Source of the DNA: Camelus dromedarius
Taxonomy: Eukaryota
Assembly (NCBI RefSeq): GCF_036321535.1
Contig: NC_087466.1
Span: 2,852,001-2,916,000 of the forward strand
DNA length: 64,000 bases
Reading direction: 5' to 3'
This document shows, piece after piece, positions 61,835-64,000 of the stretch. A program made the position numbers and the translations under genes. The notes beneath the pieces are model-generated. The model saw nothing but the letters and a program-made list of their open reading frames with translations. It did not search any database and was not told the origin of the DNA. Within the stretch, counting starts at the first letter, position 1. Each line of letters begins with the position of its first letter.

Positions 61835-61984
61835 CGGGGGGAGGATATAGCTCAGTGGTAGAGCACGTGCTTAGCATGCATAAAGTCCTGGGTTCAATCC
61901 CTGGTACCTCCATTAAAAAAAAAAACCTAATTACCTCCCCCCTCCAAACAAAAATAAGACAACACAAACAAACAAAAAAAGTTC
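61835..61984 (+). mobile_element. tRNA-Ala-derived SINE (vic-1-like, long form) in L1
   Basis: GGGGGGAGGATATAGCTCAGTGGTAGAGCACGTGCTTAGCATGCATAAAGTCCTGGGTTCAATCCCTGGTACCTCC-A(n)-CCTAATTACCTCCCCC plus an A-rich tail; 17-bp TSD GACAT(T/A)TTGCTGAGTGT at 61818-61834 and 61985-62001. Confidence 0.92.
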
Positions 61985-62167
61985 GACATATTGCTGAGTG
62001 TGCAGTGGCATCTCCTGCTTTAATTGGGGTATTTCCCTGATGACTGATAATGTTGAGCATCCTTTCGTGTGGTAATATGACCATCCACATATCTTCTTTT
62101 GTGAAGAATCTGTTCGAAGCTTTTGTCCACTATTTTTTTGAAAAGGTTTTTTTTTAAGAGCAGTTTT

Positions 62168-62424
62168 TTTTGTAGGGGGAGGTAATTAGGTTTAGTTATT
62201 TATTTATTCTTAGAGAAAGTACTGGGGATTGAATCCAGGACCTCATGCATGCAGGGAGGGCACAGCTCAGTGGTAGAGCACCTGCTTAGCATGCACGAGG
62301 TCTTGGGTTCAGTCCCTGGTCCCTCTACTAAACAAACAAACAAATAAAAGAAAACAAAAACAGGACCTCATGGTAGCATGAGTGCTTAGCATGCACTCTA
62401 CCATTTGAGCTATACCCTCCCCGC
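62168..62424 (-). mobile_element. tRNA-Ala-derived SINE (outer copy, interrupted by a second SINE)
   Basis: Head GGGGAGGGTATAGCTCAAATGGTAGAGTGCATGCTAAGCA at the right end, tail AAACCTAATTACCTCCCCCT at the left; 13-bp TSD TAAGAGCAGTTTT at 62155-62167 and 62425-62437. Confidence 0.88.
62254..62360 (+). mobile_element. tRNA-Ala-derived SINE (inner copy, opposite orientation)
   Basis: GGGAGGGCACAGCTCAGTGGTAGAGCACCTGCTTAGCATGCACGAGGTCTTGGGTTCAGTCCCTGG plus an (AAAC)n tail; flanking direct repeat CAGGACCTCATG at 62236-62247 and 62361-62372. Confidence 0.88.
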
Positions 62425-63111
62425 TAAGAGCAGTTTTAATTTCACAGCAAAATTGAGAGGAAAGTACAGAGATTTCCCATGTGTCCCCTGCCCCCACCCA
62501 TGCATAGCCTCCCGTGTTATCAACAACCCCCACCAGAGTAGGGACATTACAATCCATGACCCTACATTGACATGTCATTATTACCCAAAGTCCATGGTTT
62601 ACATCAGGGTTCACTCCTGTTGTTGTATGTTCTGTGGTTTTGGACAAAAGTACAATGACATGTATCCACATTATAGTATCACACTGAGTATTTTCCCTGC
62701 CCTAAAAATCCTCTCTGTTCTCTGGGTCAGCTGTTTCCTGATTCGCCCCCCAACCCCAACCCTTGGGACCACTGAACTTTTTACTGTCCCTACAATTTTG
62801 CTTTCTCTGGAACATCATATAGTTGGAATCATACAGTATGTTCCCTTTTCAGGCTGGCTTCTTTTACTTAGTAATATGCACTTAACATTTCTTCCATGTG
62901 TTTTCATCACTTAATAGTTCATTTCTTTTTACACTGAGTAAAATTCCATTGTCTGGATATACCAAAGTTTATTTATTCACCTACTGAAGGACATCTTGGT
63001 GGTTTTGGCAATTATGAATAAATATGCTATGCGTTTTGTGAGGACATACATTTTCACCTCCTTTGGATAAATACCAAGGAGCATGATTACTGGGTCATAA
63101 GGTAAGAGTGC

Positions 63112-63375
63112 NNNNNNNNNNNNNNNNNNNNNNNNNNNNNNNNNNNNNNNNNNNNNNNNNNNNNNNNNNNNNNNNNNNNNNNNNNNNNNNNNNNNNNNNN
63201 NNNNNNNNNNNNNNNNNNNNNNNNNNNNNNNNNNNNNNNNNNNNNNNNNNNNNNNNNNNNNNNNNNNNNNNNNNNNNNNNNNNNNNNNNNNNNNNNNNNN
63301 NNNNNNNNNNNNNNNNNNNNNNNNNNNNNNNNNNNNNNNNNNNNNNNNNNNNNNNNNNNNNNNNNNNNNNNNNNA
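63112..63375. other. Assembly gap (264 N) inside L1
   Basis: Run of N with L1 sequence on both sides. Confidence 0.95.
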
Positions 63376-64000
63376 AAATCTTTGGCCCATTTTAAAAATC
63401 AAGTTGTCTGTTTTCTTATTGTTGAGTTTTAAGAGTTCTTTGTATATTTTGGATAACAATCTTTGATCAGATTCATATTTTGCAAATTGTTTTCTCCCAG
63501 TCTGTGTCTTGTCTTCTCTTTCTCTTGACTGTGTCTTCCACAGAGCAGACGTTTTTGATTTTAAAGAAGTTCAACTTATCAGTTCTTTCTTTCATGGATC
63601 TTGCCCTTGGTGTTAAATCTAAAAAGTCATCACCAGATCTATAGCCATCTAGTTTGTCTCCTAGTGTCTACCATTTTTTATTGGGTCATTTGTCTTATTT
63701 TTTTGAGTCATAGGCATTTTTTATACATTCTGGAGGCCAGTACTATGCCGGATATATGTATTTCAAGTGTTTTCTGACAATCTGTATGTTTTATGTTCTT
63801 AACAGTGTCTTGGAAAGAGCAGAAATTTGTAATTTGATAAAGCTCACTTTGTTGTTTTGATTTTTTATGCATTTTGTGTCCTAAGACATCTTTACCTGTC
63901 CCAGCACTGCAAAGATTTCCTTCCAGACATTCCAGAAGCTTTTACATTTATGTGGATGATCAGTTGGTGTTAATTGTGAGTGGTGGGAGATAAGAGTGGA

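Larger units (their letters stand above)
61130..64000 (-). mobile_element. Composite antisense L1M region: older L1M 3' end with an L1MB-like element inserted at about 62140-63660
   Basis: T-rich antisense L1 3' motifs from 61130. A second 3' end starts near 62150 (AAGAGCAGTTTT...CACAGCAAAATTGAGAGGAAAGTACAGAGATTTCCCA...CCCAAAGTCCATGGTTTACATCAGGGTTCACTC, L1MB1-3-like). The older element resumes at CCATTTTTTATTGGG (63671). Confidence 0.8.

Noticed and set aside
61835-61910. tRNA-Ala(AGC)-like genes (also at 2225, 27136, 48292, 62168, 62254)
   Set aside because: Each has an A-rich tail, flanking direct repeats and a degenerate acceptor stem. They are SINEs, not tRNA genes.

Overview
GC-rich mammalian genomic DNA, most likely a camelid: it has five or six tRNA-Ala(AGC)-derived SINEs resembling the camelid vic-1 family, and I saw no Alu, B1, Bov-A/BovB or PRE1. 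The window is syntenic with human 22q11.23. Gene order is CHCHD10 (-, exons 1-2 only), MMP11 (+, 8 exons, 489 aa), SMARCB1 (+, 9 exons, exon 2 inferred to lie in an N gap), DERL3 (-, 7 exons, exon 4 inferred to lie in an N gap) and SLC2A11/GLUT11 (+, 12 exons, 496 aa from first exon 1A). L1/SINE debris follows. Every visible exon has GT-AG boundaries and keeps frame. Almost all entries in the ORF track are GC-rich background. I found no convincing undescribed biological system. The best leads are gene-level. (i) The GLUT11 alternative first exon 1C has ACG where human has ATG. (ii) SLC2A11 exons 7-8 sit in an intragenic CpG island with near-100% GC3, high divergence, a DAV motif (human DSV) and a Gly-to-Arg change. 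(iii) SLC2A11 intron 3 holds two dense enhancer-like motif clusters, one with a 16-bp palindromic CArG box. (iv) The DERL3 promoter has ERSEs and the MMP11 promoter has a perfect DR1. (v) There are multi-level nested retroposon insertions with intact target-site duplications. Comparisons with human proteins are from memory and need checking by alignment.
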